Of a stretch of DNA of 64,000 bases, positions 10,306 to 21,018 are shown piece by piece. Position numbers and translations under genes: made by a program. Source of the stretch: Leptolyngbyaceae cyanobacterium (GTDB taxonomy: Bacteria > Cyanobacteriota > Cyanobacteriia > Phormidesmidales > Phormidesmidaceae); contig CBDHHL010000056.1 of assembly GCA_965263355.1 (NCBI GenBank), positions 1,952,001 to 2,016,000 on the forward strand, read 5' to 3'. Below the pieces are notes generated by a model that was given only the letters and a program-made list of their open reading frames with translations, did no database searches and was not told where the DNA came from. Positions within the stretch are counted from its first letter, which is position 1. Every line of letters begins with the position of its first letter.

Positions 10306-10788
10306 GTATTTTAGCTTCACTGTCAGAACAAATACTTTTCCCGGTTCTTATGTAAACAGCCGTGCTTCCCACTGCCTATGGTTCTTCAATGGTTGAATGT
10401 ACGGAAAGATAGCTCAATAGGTAGAGTCAAGATGTCGTGTTATTACTCTTATTCCAAGTAACGTACGCGCTGAATGTCTTATAGAAAATTCTGTTTAATC
10501 GCAACAGATACTAAATTTAGACGCCAATATCGATTTACTGAACCCAAAAACTGTTATTAAATCCTCTATTGCACAGTAATGATCCTGATAAAAAAGACAG
10601 ACAAACTGCTTGAACTAGGGTTAAGTATATACTTCTTGATTTCTCTTGAAGCTTAGATAAGAACCTATCAATCACCCTGGCTATCGAGAATTAGTTAAGC
10701 CATTGTAAGAACAACAAATGCATTGTGCGTAGTTGTTTTGCAAGCAAGCATTTATTTACATTGGACTTGGTTAGGAAGAGAGAAGAGT

Positions 10789-11529
10789 ATGAACACAAAG
10801 AGCCTATTGGCGTGCATCATAGGTGCTGCTGTTGTTGGTTTGGGGCTAGCCAATCCTGCTCAAGCCGATTTGATAAACTATAACTTTGAAGAAGGGAATG
10901 GTCTGCCATCATTGGATGATGTCAAGAATGATTGGCGAGATGATTATAAGTTTTTGAAGGAATCTGATGTGCCTGGTTGGCAAACCACTGATAGTCATAT
11001 TGAGATTTGGGAAAGTGGTTTTCTAGGTGTAGAAGCCGCTGACGGCAATTATTTCGCTGAAATCAATGCCCATAACTTTGGTAGTTTATTTCAAGAAGTA
11101 TCCGATATTGGTGCTGGTCAGCGGATGGGCTTCTCCTTTTTTCACCGTGCTCGCCAGGGTACCGATGTGATGAACTTGGCCATTACAGATCTAGGATTAG
11201 ATAATGTGTTTGGTACCTTAGACGATACAGTTCTGTTTACCAAAAACTATTCCGCAACAACGGAAGCATGGGTACAGAATACTAGCGAGAACGAAGATGC
11301 CATTATTACCCTGGGTAACAACATGCGCTTTGCTTATACAGCCGTATCTACTGGTTCTGGCAATAAATCTGTAGGAAATTTTCTGGATGTAGCTAATTTT
11401 GGCCTTGCGTCAGAAATCACTCCCGATGCTGATCCTCAAGACGTACCTGAGCCTGTTTCTGCACTTGCAATTTTCGCTATTGGTGCACTCTCGGTAGGGG
11501 GTACTTTGAATAAGAAGCAAGCTCATTAA
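10789..11529 (+). CDS. Secreted PEP-CTERM sorting-domain protein
   Basis: Signal peptide ending PAQA; C-terminal VPEP plus TM helix plus KK. Confidence 0.85.
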   Translation: MNTKSLLACIIGAAVVGLGLANPAQADLINYNFEEGNGLPSLDDVKNDWRDDYKFLKESDVPGWQTTDSHIEIWESGFLGVEAADGNYFAEINAHNFGSLFQEVSDIGAGQRMGFSFFHRARQGTDVMNLAITDLGLDNVFGTLDDTVLFTKNYSATTEAWVQNTSENEDAIITLGNNMRFAYTAVSTGSGNKSVGNFLDVANFGLASEITPDADPQDVPEPVSALAIFAIGALSVGGTLNKKQAH

Positions 11530-11572
11530 ATCCATGTTGTGAAGCCTCTCAACCCTTTTCTCATGTAAATAG

Positions 11573-11604
11573 TCCCCGTAGACGTTTGAGTCTGCGGGGA
11601 TTTT
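11573..11604 (+). terminator. Rho-independent terminator
   Basis: TCCCCGTAGAC-gtttga-GTCTGCGGGGA-TTTT between convergent genes. Confidence 0.7.
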
Positions 11605-11627
11605 AAGTGTTCAGTAACTATGATGTT

Positions 11628-11924
11628 TTACTGTTTGAAAGGATCGTATTCTGCCAACAATCTTTCTAATTTAGCTTCATCAATGCGGCTAATCATGCGC
11701 TTGGCTTCTTCTTGATCGCGAATTGTTTTAGATAAACTGACAGTCGAGCCCACTGAGAAGAGTAGTCCCATGCCCAGATAGCCTTTGAGCCAGGCATTGG
11801 CGGGTAAATAGACAATACCAATGGCAGTGGCAGAAATAGAAACAACAAACGATAGCCAGGTTTGGGCTATCCAGGCCGTGGTGTGGCTAGTGGGTGCGTT
11901 AAATTTCTTTACTGTTGTCGTCAT
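11628..11924 (-). CDS. YiaA/YiaB family membrane protein
   Basis: Two TM helices, KGYLGMG, SLSKTIRD; start at MTTTVK. Confidence 0.8.
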   Translation of the reverse strand: MTTTVKKFNAPTSHTTAWIAQTWLSFVVSISATAIGIVYLPANAWLKGYLGMGLLFSVGSTVSLSKTIRDQEEAKRMISRIDEAKLERLLAEYDPFKQ

Positions 11925-12133
11925 GGAGAATTTCCTTGGAACTGTGCATGGTTTTAGTATCTTCAATAAAACGATGAAGATGCCATGAGAGGGATCCAAG
12001 GAAACTCAGCCATCGGAAACAGGGCGTTTAGGGGCGAAGTAACCCGAAGTAAGCCGTTAAATTAAACTATGTCCACGTGCAGAATGCAGTTGTATCGTAA
12101 AGGCAACCCCAGATTGGACCTTGGGGCTATGGT

Positions 12134-13537
12134 TTAGTTGCGGGCAACACCTGCATCACGGGCAGCTTGCTTTACAGCCCCAGCAACGGCGGTGGCGACC
12201 CGAGGATCAAATACTGAGGGGATAATGTGGTCAGGGCGTAGTTCGTTATCGGGGATAAGCGTTGAGATAGCATGGGCCGCCTGTAAAAACATACCGGTGG
12301 TCATGGCCTCTGCTTGGCAGTCAATGGCACCGCGTAACAATCCAGGAAATGCCAATACGTTATTAATTTGGTTGGCATAATCACTACGTCCTGTGGCCAT
12401 AACAGCGACAATGCCATCCAGCAGTTCCGGCTGGATTTCAGGCACCGGGTTAGCCATGGCAAAGACAATGGGGTCCTTGGCCATGGATTGCACCATGTCT
12501 ACGGTGACCACACCGGGGGCACTCACTCCCATAAAGACATCGGCACCTACCATGGCATCGGCCAGGGTACCGCTTTGATCGACGACAAATTCTTGTTTAC
12601 GGGGGTTTAGGTCGGTGCGATCGCGACTAATAATACCCTTGGAATCACACACTGTAATATAGTTTACTCCGGCCTTCCTAAACAGTCTTGCCATGGCCAG
12701 CCCTGCCGCACCAGCCCCATTAATCACTAATTTAATTTCACCCATCTGGGGTTCTTTGCCCACCACTTTCAGCGCATTCACCAAAGCCGCCAGACTGACG
12801 ATGGCTGTTCCATGCTGATCGTCATGGAAGATAGGAATATCCAGCTCTTTTTGCAATCTTGCTTCAATCTCAAAACAACGAGGAGCGCTGATATCCTCTA
12901 GATTGATACCACCAAATACAGGCGCAATGCGTTTGACCGTCTCAACGATCTCATCGGTGTCCTGGGTGTCTAAACAAATGGGAAATCCATCCAACCCAGC
13001 AAATTCTTTAAACAGCATCGCCTTGCCTTCCATCACCGGCAACGCCCCTGCCGGACCTAAATTTCCCAGTCCCAGCACCGCACTGCCATCTGTGATGATA
13101 GCCACCGTATTGGATTTTATAGTCAGGTCGTATACCCGTTCTGGATGCTTGGCAATTTCAGAACATACCCGCCCCACACCAGGCGTATAGGCCATGGCCA
13201 GATCCTCCTGGCTACGTATCGGGGCCTTACACTCCATACGAATTTTGCCACCTTCATGGAGTTTAAAGGTACGGTCATGGACATTGACTATTTCAATGTA
13301 CTCAAGGGCACGGATAGCCTTAACAATTTCGTCAGCATGTTCGGCACTAGCAGCATCAACGCTGACATCTCGGGTAACATTGGCTCGACACCGTTCTACG
13401 ACATCGATATCGCCCAAATTCCCCCCTGCTTCTGCGATTGCCTGGGTAACCCTAGCTAACATACCTGCCTGGTTGGGCACATGCATACGAATGGTTAAAC
13501 TATAACTAGGGTTCGGTGTCAAACTGACCATTTTCAA
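12134..13537 (-). CDS. ACT-domain malic enzyme
   Basis: N-terminal ACT domain, AYTPGVG, PVMEGKA, NLEDI, FHDDQHGT, NGAGAAG. Confidence 0.93.
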   Translation of the reverse strand: MKMVSLTPNPSYSLTIRMHVPNQAGMLARVTQAIAEAGGNLGDIDVVERCRANVTRDVSVDAASAEHADEIVKAIRALEYIEIVNVHDRTFKLHEGGKIRMECKAPIRSQEDLAMAYTPGVGRVCSEIAKHPERVYDLTIKSNTVAIITDGSAVLGLGNLGPAGALPVMEGKAMLFKEFAGLDGFPICLDTQDTDEIVETVKRIAPVFGGINLEDISAPRCFEIEARLQKELDIPIFHDDQHGTAIVSLAALVNALKVVGKEPQMGEIKLVINGAGAAGLAMARLFRKAGVNYITVCDSKGIISRDRTDLNPRKQEFVVDQSGTLADAMVGADVFMGVSAPGVVTVDMVQSMAKDPIVFAMANPVPEIQPELLDGIVAVMATGRSDYANQINNVLAFPGLLRGAIDCQAEAMTTGMFLQAAHAISTLIPDNELRPDHIIPSVFDPRVATAVAGAVKQAARDAGVARN

Positions 13538-13703
13538 AACCTCAGATAAGGGGAATGGGTGTGTAGTAAAAAAATGTTAAGGCCTGACGGCACCATACTG
13601 CGACCCTTGGAATCATCCAAATAAAAAGCGTTCAAAAAATAATCCTCCGTAGGGCATTGCGTGCTCCTACATGTCCCCCTAACAACCATTGCTCCTGCCA
13701 ATT

Positions 13704-14441
13704 ATGCCTAGCCTTTACGCTGAAATCGAAATCGATGCCCCTGCCATGCATGTGTGGGATGCCCTGGTGCGCAAGGAAGACTGGCGCTATTGGAATACCT
13801 TTCTGTACGATTGTGATCCACGCTCAAACTTTATGTTAGGTCGGGAAGTTTTTCTGGCCATGCAACGGATTGAAGGGGATGCCGATACGGAATTTCAACC
13901 AGTGATAACTACACTGCGCCCTGGTAGCTGTCTGCGGTGGGTGTCGAAAATTCCAGGATTAAAAACAGAGCATTCGTTTGAAATGCAGGAAATTACTCCA
14001 GGACGTACGCGCTATTTGCATCGCGATATTTTTATCGGACCGTTATCGGGGGTATTTCTGCCGTTTATTCGCGACGATGAACGAGATGGCCTGCGACGGA
14101 TGGCGTTTCAGCTAAAGCGTTATGTGGAGAGCGGTGGTCAGCCCCAGCGGGATCCCTATGGGAGTCCTTATGGTAGAAACTATCGAGATACCTATGATCG
14201 GGGCTATGACGATCGCCGATATGACGATCGAGGCTATGGTCGCGGGTATCAGGATCGGGGCTATCAGGATCAAGGCTATGGTCGTGGGTATCAAGATCAA
14301 GGCAATGACCGACGATATCAGGGTCAGGGCTATGATGATCGTGGATATGGAGAACGAGGGCGCGATCGCAACTACCCAGATCGTGATTATCCAGACCGCA
14401 ACTACCGCGATGATCAAGGCTACCGTGACGAGCGATGGTAG
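13704..14441 (+). CDS. SRPBCC/START-fold protein with an R/G/Y/D-rich repeat tail
   Basis: EIEIDAP..HVWDAL...WN SRPBCC pattern; tail of roughly 95 aa of xGYDDR-like repeats. Confidence 0.8.
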   Translation: MPSLYAEIEIDAPAMHVWDALVRKEDWRYWNTFLYDCDPRSNFMLGREVFLAMQRIEGDADTEFQPVITTLRPGSCLRWVSKIPGLKTEHSFEMQEITPGRTRYLHRDIFIGPLSGVFLPFIRDDERDGLRRMAFQLKRYVESGGQPQRDPYGSPYGRNYRDTYDRGYDDRRYDDRGYGRGYQDRGYQDQGYGRGYQDQGNDRRYQGQGYDDRGYGERGRDRNYPDRDYPDRNYRDDQGYRDERW

Positions 14442-14571
14442 CTAATAGCCATCAATAGATGCAGTCACCTTTAAAGCCTGATGGTGAGAATTGATGCCTG
14501 AGTACTCCATCAACGGATTATTTTGAATTACTTGCAATAAAGAAAACGCGTCTGAATGCCCCACAGCATCA

Positions 14572-15549
14572 CTAGCGTTGTATTTCTACAGCTGCATTGT
14601 AGATCGCCTCATTTGCACGGACTGATTTCTCCAGATCTACTATTGGGTTGGGATAGTCTACGCCAAGCCTGATGTGGCACTGCTTTTGTTCGTCTGCATC
14701 CAGCTGCCAGGGACTATGGATTTTCTTACGTGGTAGTTTTTGTAATTCTGGTAGCCAATGTTTAACATACCTACCGTCGGGGTCATAATCCTTAGACTGC
14801 TTAGGAATATTGAAATATCGAAATCCTCGGGAGTCATTGCCAACACCAGCTGTATAGTTCCAATTGCCCCAGTTGCTGCAGACGTCATAGTCTACGAGCA
14901 ACGATTCAAACCATTCTGCCCCCATACGCCAGTCGATACCAAGGTTTTTAGTTAAAAAACTGGCCACATTTTGTCGTCCCCGGTTTGACATAAAACCAGT
15001 GGCAGCTAACTCACGCATATTGGCATCCACGAGCGGATAGCCTGTTTCTCCACGGGTCCACAGTTCAAATCGTGGCCAATCTTGTTTCCATGCCATGCGC
15101 AGTCCTCGGAGTCCCGAAGGATAAAAAACAGTGTCACCATACTTAGCACAGGTGAATCGAAAAAAGTCTCGCCACAGTAATTCAAATATAAGCCAGTAGG
15201 TGGAATCATTACGTACACGCTCAGCTTCATAGATGCCGACTTCCCTATAGATGTAACGAGGTGAAAGACAACCTAAGGCTAGCCAAGGAGAAAATTTAGA
15301 TGAGTAATCTGCCCCGAGCATGCCATTACGAGTTTGCTTGTAGACTCGTAACCTATCAACATCCCAAAAGTAGTGCTTTAAACGATTGATTGCCTCAGTC
15401 TCACCACCTTTGAAGGCAAGTACACCACGCGAGTCGAGCACTCTTTTTTCCAACCCTAGTGCTGCTAATGTAGGCAGTTCACCTGGGTTAATTTCAGGCA
15501 ATGGAGAGAATGCCTTAGGTGTGGCAAAGGGGGGATAGAATGTTAACAA
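14572..15549 (-). pseudogene. Cryptochrome DASH, 5'-truncated (FAD-binding domain only)
   Basis: [56 protein letters not shown]. The N-terminal photolyase domain is absent: an in-frame stop lies 5 codons upstream and a divergent gene starts about 30 bp away. Confidence 0.75.
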
Positions 15550-15582
15550 TTTATTCTCATACTAGAAAGGAATATATTTTTG

Positions 15583-16038
15583 ATGGCGATTAAGGTGGGT
15601 GACACAGCTCCTGATTTTACATTACAGTCCCAAACAGGAGAATCGATAACGCTATCTAGCTACAGAGAACAGAAGGCAGTAGTGCTGTACTTTTATCCAA
15701 AGGATGACACACCAGGCTGCACCAAAGAGTCCTGTACATTCCGTGATAGCTTCCAAGACTTTCAAGGCCTAGGTGCTGAAGTAATTGGTATTAGTAGTGA
15801 CTCTCCAGACTCTCATCAGAAGTTTGCCAGTAAGTACAGCTTGCCTTTCACCTTGGTAAGTGACACTAATTCGGATGTTCGTAAGGCGTATGGTGTGCCT
15901 GCCACCCTGGGGTTGTTGCCTGGTCGGGTTACCTATGTGATTGATAAAACTGGAACTGTTCGTCACATGTTTAACTCTCAGTTCAATCCCAAAAAGCATG
16001 TTGACGAAGCGCTAACTGTCTTGAAGGGACTGACTTAA
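15583..16038 (+). CDS. bcp: Peroxiredoxin Q / BCP
   Basis: VLYFYPKDDTPGCTKESC. Confidence 0.93.
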   Translation: MAIKVGDTAPDFTLQSQTGESITLSSYREQKAVVLYFYPKDDTPGCTKESCTFRDSFQDFQGLGAEVIGISSDSPDSHQKFASKYSLPFTLVSDTNSDVRKAYGVPATLGLLPGRVTYVIDKTGTVRHMFNSQFNPKKHVDEALTVLKGLT

Positions 16039-16077
16039 TTACGTAATCTCAGTTAGCCATCAGATCTGGTGCAGTCT

Positions 16078-18327
16078 TTATCCTTGTTGTTTAATTTGTT
16101 TATTCATCCAAGTAATTACAGCGGGGGAGCGAGCTGTGAAGGTAATCAAATAGTCTTGTGCGGTATCGCTCTGTTGTTGCACCTTGGCGTAGATGTCAGT
16201 TTCACAGATTTCTGTAGGAGCAGAGGGCGATTGAATTAGCAATTTGATATTGGTGAGTAGGTGCAACGGCTCCAATCCCTCAATATGTAACAATGCCGTT
16301 TTGGCAGATAACTTTTGCAGACTGCCATTATGGTGTTGTGCCCCCACCTGTTTACCTTCCAGGGCTACGTATTCGATGGGAATAGCTTCAATTAAAGGTT
16401 GTAGAGGTAGCTCTTCTAGGGTTAATGAAAGGTTATACAAGTCACCGCCAATACCATTGACATCGTAGATGGTAATGGGTCGTTTGATGCCTTTTGGATA
16501 GATGTCAACTTTACTTTGGATGGCAAGGCGATGGTTGTTGATATTACCAATTTCTTGGTGAGTATCTTCGGAAATAAAGATTTGCCCCCCTGTGGTGTAA
16601 GACTCGATGCGAAAAGTAAGATTAACAGCGCCCCCAATAACGCTATACTTCGTACGCTTTTCGGAACCGATATTGCCAACGACGACACACCCAGTGTTAA
16701 TGCCAATGCCCATTTCCTGTTCGGGAAAGCCGTTGAGACGCATAGATTTATTGACATTGACCATGGCTTGTTGCATTGCGATCGCACAAGCCACAGCCCG
16801 GTCTGGATGATTATCGTTGGCCACCCGATTGGGCGCTCCAAAGATAACTAAAATGCCATCTCCCATAAATTCATCAATCACCCCCTCATAGTCATTGATA
16901 ACGTCGGACATGTAGCCCAAATACAAGTTCAATATCTTGACCACTTGTTCCGGGGGGAGCTGTTCTGACAACGCAGTAAACCCTCGCAAGTCAGAGGTCA
17001 GAATGGTAATCTTGCGGGTCTCTCCACCGAGTTTGAGGTTATCAGGGTCATCTAGCAGATTAGCGACGATTTGATCGCTAAGATAGCGGCTAAAGGTACG
17101 ACGAATCTGGCTAGCACTATGGGCGAGATAGGTGTTTACGCCAGTCGTTGCGCCCGCTAAAGCCATTAAAGGCGGGATCACCGGGATCCACCAGCCTGCT
17201 AAAAATAGACCATAGGTGCTCAAGACTAGCGTAGAGGTCAGGGTTATCAGCAGAAACAACTGCTGGACCAGTGCCCGTTTTCCAGGATTGCGCTGTAGCC
17301 AGGTGACTATAGCCCCTACTGTGGCCCACAGAAAAATCCAGCAGTATTCTATGGGATCTGGCCAGGTACGAATTAAGGCCTTGCCATCCAAGGCTGCACT
17401 AATAATTTGACTGGTTAAGTTGGCATGGATTTCCACCCCAGCCATAGGCTTAGGCAAGTTCAGTTGCTTAGTGCTGTGGGGGACAAAAAACCTGTCTTTG
17501 AGACTTTCTGCCACAGGCCCAATTAAAATTATCCGATCTTTAGCCCAGTCATCGGGGAGCTGATCGTCTAAAACGTCCTGCATGGAGACCGTTTCAAATA
17601 GTCCGCTACCACCACGATAATTAATTAAAATTTGATAGCCTCGGATATCCGCATCCACATAGCCGCCATCGTTGGGGCCCAGACGCCGAAAGGTAGTTCC
17701 GTTGAGCTGCCAGACATTGGGCGTGTCTGTTGCTTCCGGGGAAATGCCTTCAGGTTCAAGATAAAGTAAGGCCAAATAAAGGGCCAGCGTAGGCAGGATA
17801 TCACCGGCTGGAGTTTCGAGCTGCAGTAATCCCCGGCGAACGGTATTGTCATTGTCCACCACCCCCGTTTCATTCACACCGATTTGGCCAAGTTCTGCTA
17901 AGACGGGCGGCGGGTTAAAAGCGTCTCGATTTTTGTCTTCTTCTGTAACCTTATAAATCCCGATCAAGTTAGGAGTACTACGAAATACCGCCTCTAGTGC
18001 TTGATGACCAGGCTCTACGGGGATATCCCGAATAATGTCGAGACCAATGGCACGGGGCGATTGAGCCGCTAACTTACTGATGGCTTCCGCATAGACAGCA
18101 TCGGGCAGAATTGCTTGTCTCTGCTGACGGATATCCTCTTCATCGATGCCTACAATAGCGATACGTGAATCTTTTTCCTCGGCTCGCCATTGTAGATACT
18201 GATCGTAGGCCCACCACTCCAGCGGTTGCAACACCCCTACTGACCTCAGCAGAATTACCAAGATGGTAATGGCCGGTGTGGCAATGACCACCCCCCGCCA
18301 TTGCCAAAATAACCGTTTGAGATTCAT
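16078..18327 (-). CDS. CHASE2-domain class III adenylate/guanylate cyclase
   Basis: CHASE2 (IAIVGIDE, GLDI, GVEIHA), three TMs, SDLRGFT, EFMGDG, GINTG..VVGNIGS, GGAVNLTFRIES. Confidence 0.92.
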   Translation of the reverse strand: MNLKRLFWQWRGVVIATPAITILVILLRSVGVLQPLEWWAYDQYLQWRAEEKDSRIAIVGIDEEDIRQQRQAILPDAVYAEAISKLAAQSPRAIGLDIIRDIPVEPGHQALEAVFRSTPNLIGIYKVTEEDKNRDAFNPPPVLAELGQIGVNETGVVDNDNTVRRGLLQLETPAGDILPTLALYLALLYLEPEGISPEATDTPNVWQLNGTTFRRLGPNDGGYVDADIRGYQILINYRGGSGLFETVSMQDVLDDQLPDDWAKDRIILIGPVAESLKDRFFVPHSTKQLNLPKPMAGVEIHANLTSQIISAALDGKALIRTWPDPIEYCWIFLWATVGAIVTWLQRNPGKRALVQQLFLLITLTSTLVLSTYGLFLAGWWIPVIPPLMALAGATTGVNTYLAHSASQIRRTFSRYLSDQIVANLLDDPDNLKLGGETRKITILTSDLRGFTALSEQLPPEQVVKILNLYLGYMSDVINDYEGVIDEFMGDGILVIFGAPNRVANDNHPDRAVACAIAMQQAMVNVNKSMRLNGFPEQEMGIGINTGCVVVGNIGSEKRTKYSVIGGAVNLTFRIESYTTGGQIFISEDTHQEIGNINNHRLAIQSKVDIYPKGIKRPITIYDVNGIGGDLYNLSLTLEELPLQPLIEAIPIEYVALEGKQVGAQHHNGSLQKLSAKTALLHIEGLEPLHLLTNIKLLIQSPSAPTEICETDIYAKVQQQSDTAQDYLITFTARSPAVITWMNKQIKQQG

Positions 18328-19166
18328 TGATCGGCACGGCCATTAATGCCATCTAACAGGCGTTGAAGGCTAGTTTGAGTGGCTTGACTGTCCTGAGTTT
18401 CTTCTGAGACTACCTGGTTGGGTACAGGTGGCGTTGAAGTTTCAACCGTCAGTGCGGACTGACTTACAATCGGTGCTGCTGCCACCTGGTCAAGGCCGAC
18501 TGATGATAGTAGCTCTGTCCAAGTGTTAGGATTTTGAGTCCGAACAGTGGCAGCCAGGGTAATGGTTTCTTGCCAGGCCCCTGCTTGGGCATAGAGTTCA
18601 GCTTGGGCCACAGGATCATCGTTGGCATCCAACTGGGTTAAAAAGTCTGTACTTGCGTCAAGGCGCTGAATGCCCCCTCCCAATGCCACATCTTCATCCC
18701 GTTCGTTCGGGTCACACACGAGGGCAAAATCCCAATAATATATTCTGCCCGCCTCAAACATGGGGGTGATGCCGTCACCTTGATAGGTAGGCATGGTGAC
18801 TTGGATTGTGCCAGGGGTATTCGGCAAGTCCAATGCCTTTTGGTAAACCTGATTGCCATCGCTATCGACAATGGTCAGCTCGGCATCCTTGGTATTGGTT
18901 TGAGGAATGTAAAACCAGAGGGATAAGGGAATATCAGTATCAGCCCCAAATGCGGTTGCGATCGCATTTTGAGGTAATAACGATGTTAAAGAGGGACGAA
19001 CCGACGGATCTAGACAAATTTCTCCCCTTGTCCCAAAGGATGGGGTCCGGGCCGGTGCATCTAAGCCACTTGTTTCTGGAAATTTGACGGCATCACTAGG
19101 ACTGGCGACGGTAGCTACCATCAGCACAGCAAGGGACGTTTGAATAAAGCGCGAACGAATAGACAT
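18324..19166 (-). CDS. DUF928 family secreted protein
   Basis: Signal peptide, GTRG..C, LWFYIP, LYAQAGAWQE, WTELLSSVGL; 4-bp overlap with the CHASE2 cyclase. Confidence 0.85.
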   Translation of the reverse strand: MSIRSRFIQTSLAVLMVATVASPSDAVKFPETSGLDAPARTPSFGTRGEICLDPSVRPSLTSLLPQNAIATAFGADTDIPLSLWFYIPQTNTKDAELTIVDSDGNQVYQKALDLPNTPGTIQVTMPTYQGDGITPMFEAGRIYYWDFALVCDPNERDEDVALGGGIQRLDASTDFLTQLDANDDPVAQAELYAQAGAWQETITLAATVRTQNPNTWTELLSSVGLDQVAAAPIVSQSALTVETSTPPVPNQVVSEETQDSQATQTSLQRLLDGINGRADQ

Positions 19167-19506
19167 GACGATTTTTTCTCTGACAACATCTGGTTAGGTG
19201 GAAATTTGCGATAAGTGTGTTGACATTTATCTTTTCTTACCTATAGCTACATAGCGTTCAGAATTTGTTTCGGTAACTTTTGAATAGACCAGTAGGAAAA
19301 CTGTCTGCCAAAAGCAAGGGCAGAATTGCGTTCCCAGCTCTCTGAAATTAACCGAGTTAACCGCTGTAATTCCTTAGCAGCAGCAGCATAGGGATTAAGA
19401 ACGTCAACCTATCACTAATAATTTGCTAACGAAAATCATTCCGTTGGTTATACATAAATCAATGTATTCGTTATTACATACAGATCATCGCCAACGTCTA
19501 GCCATC

Positions 19507-20454
19507 CTAGTCATCCACTTCAAATGATACTTCCAGATCAATTGACCGCTCACTTGCATCCAAGCCAAAATATTCAGCTTCGATACCTTCAATATTTGTG
19601 CCAGACTCTAGCGATACTAAAGACGTGATCGAACCCAGGGACAACAAATCACCTGGCCTTAATTCTACGCCTTGAGTTTGTAAGGTGTCGCGTAGCCAGC
19701 GCACCGCATTAATTGGATGTCCCAAAAGGGCTGTGCTATCGCCCTCAACCAAAAATTGCCCCCGATCATTTTTGAGTACGACCCGAATATTTGCTAGCTG
19801 AGCTAGACCATTATCTGCAGGGGCCAGCTCCACCGGATCACCAACGATGCCATATCGAGCCCCGACATTGACAGCCACTAAGGCTCCCGCAGTAACGTCA
19901 GCATCTTCTTCGTAGATCAGATCGGGCAATTCTAGAAAGGGGATGACAGCATCTAAGCCAGCCAATAGTTCTAAGTCGGTTTCGGCTTGATTGATATCGG
20001 CACTGCCGACCCGTACCATTAAATCGCCTTCAGCTTGGGGACGGCTGCCAAACTCCAGTGGCAAACTGTCACCGCTTTCAAGCAACATACTTTCAAGTAG
20101 GAAACCATATAGTGGATGACTTATTCCCAACTGAGACTGGGCTTGGGGGTTTGTCAACGCAACCTTATAGCCAACAATAGAGCCTTCCTCTCCGGCCTGG
20201 CTGATGAGACGTCGCACAAAGTTGCCATGAACCGAGTTAATTTGTCTGGATGATAAACCGTCAGTCAGGATAGGTGCAGGGTAACCGGCTGAGTAATGTT
20301 GAAACAGTGACACTGCCACTAAATCTGTATAGCTTTGGGCTAACCGCAGCGTTTGTAAGGGTTTCGGTAACGTGTCTTTAGCTTGAATTGCGGTGGCTCC
20401 ACTCGCCAAGATAATGCCGATGCCAATGCCCTGTAGCCAGCGCCAGTATTTCAT
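19507..20454 (-). CDS. 2-keto-4-pentenoate hydratase-like (FAH superfamily) protein with signal peptide
   Basis: VGYKVALT, EGDLMV, LGHPINAVRWL, LRPGDLLSLGS; signal peptide ending AIQA. Confidence 0.8.
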   Translation of the reverse strand: MKYWRWLQGIGIGIILASGATAIQAKDTLPKPLQTLRLAQSYTDLVAVSLFQHYSAGYPAPILTDGLSSRQINSVHGNFVRRLISQAGEEGSIVGYKVALTNPQAQSQLGISHPLYGFLLESMLLESGDSLPLEFGSRPQAEGDLMVRVGSADINQAETDLELLAGLDAVIPFLELPDLIYEEDADVTAGALVAVNVGARYGIVGDPVELAPADNGLAQLANIRVVLKNDRGQFLVEGDSTALLGHPINAVRWLRDTLQTQGVELRPGDLLSLGSITSLVSLESGTNIEGIEAEYFGLDASERSIDLEVSFEVDD

Positions 20455-21018
20455 TTTCCGCTCCCTTACGTTTAGTGACTTATGTAACCGTTGATTTGAT
20501 CGAGTTGTATATCTATCCGTCTAAACCACGTCCAATTTCAAACCTGTAGATTCTTTACCGAAAAAACGACCGTTCTGGATGTGGACAAGGTTTATTTAAT
20601 TAGAAATCCCCAAGAACGCTAGAAGTTAAGAAAACTCACTTTTGGAGATTACATAGCATACAAAGCTTTTGTCACCATGACACCCGTAAAGGTGACGCCT
20701 GAGTAATTGGCTTGATACAGACTGATACGCAATCCTGGTTAATTGCCCCAGATATCCCAGGGCACCAGGCTTCGACAGTAAGCTCAGCCGACCTCCACCA
20801 GGGATTGTCCCTACAGACTTTGCTACTTTTAATCGGAACTCACAGATTCGGACTGAGTACGACATATGCATCGCTTATATTGCAGGGTTTTCTCACCTTT
20901 CTAATCCTTGATGCTGATCTCCTAGAGCATTTTGTTACTGTATATAAAGACATCTACGATCATTCCCATAGGCGATATTACGACCGTTATGTCCGTTGTC
21001 TTAGCGAAGTCATAATCC

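Noticed and set aside
14112..14445. Alternative-frame Ile/Met-rich ORFs
   Set aside because: By-products of the repeat tail of the SRPBCC gene
19463..19478. NtcA box TGTA-N8-TACA
   Set aside because: Matches the consensus, but lies about 300 bp from the next start with no properly spaced -10 element; could be chance
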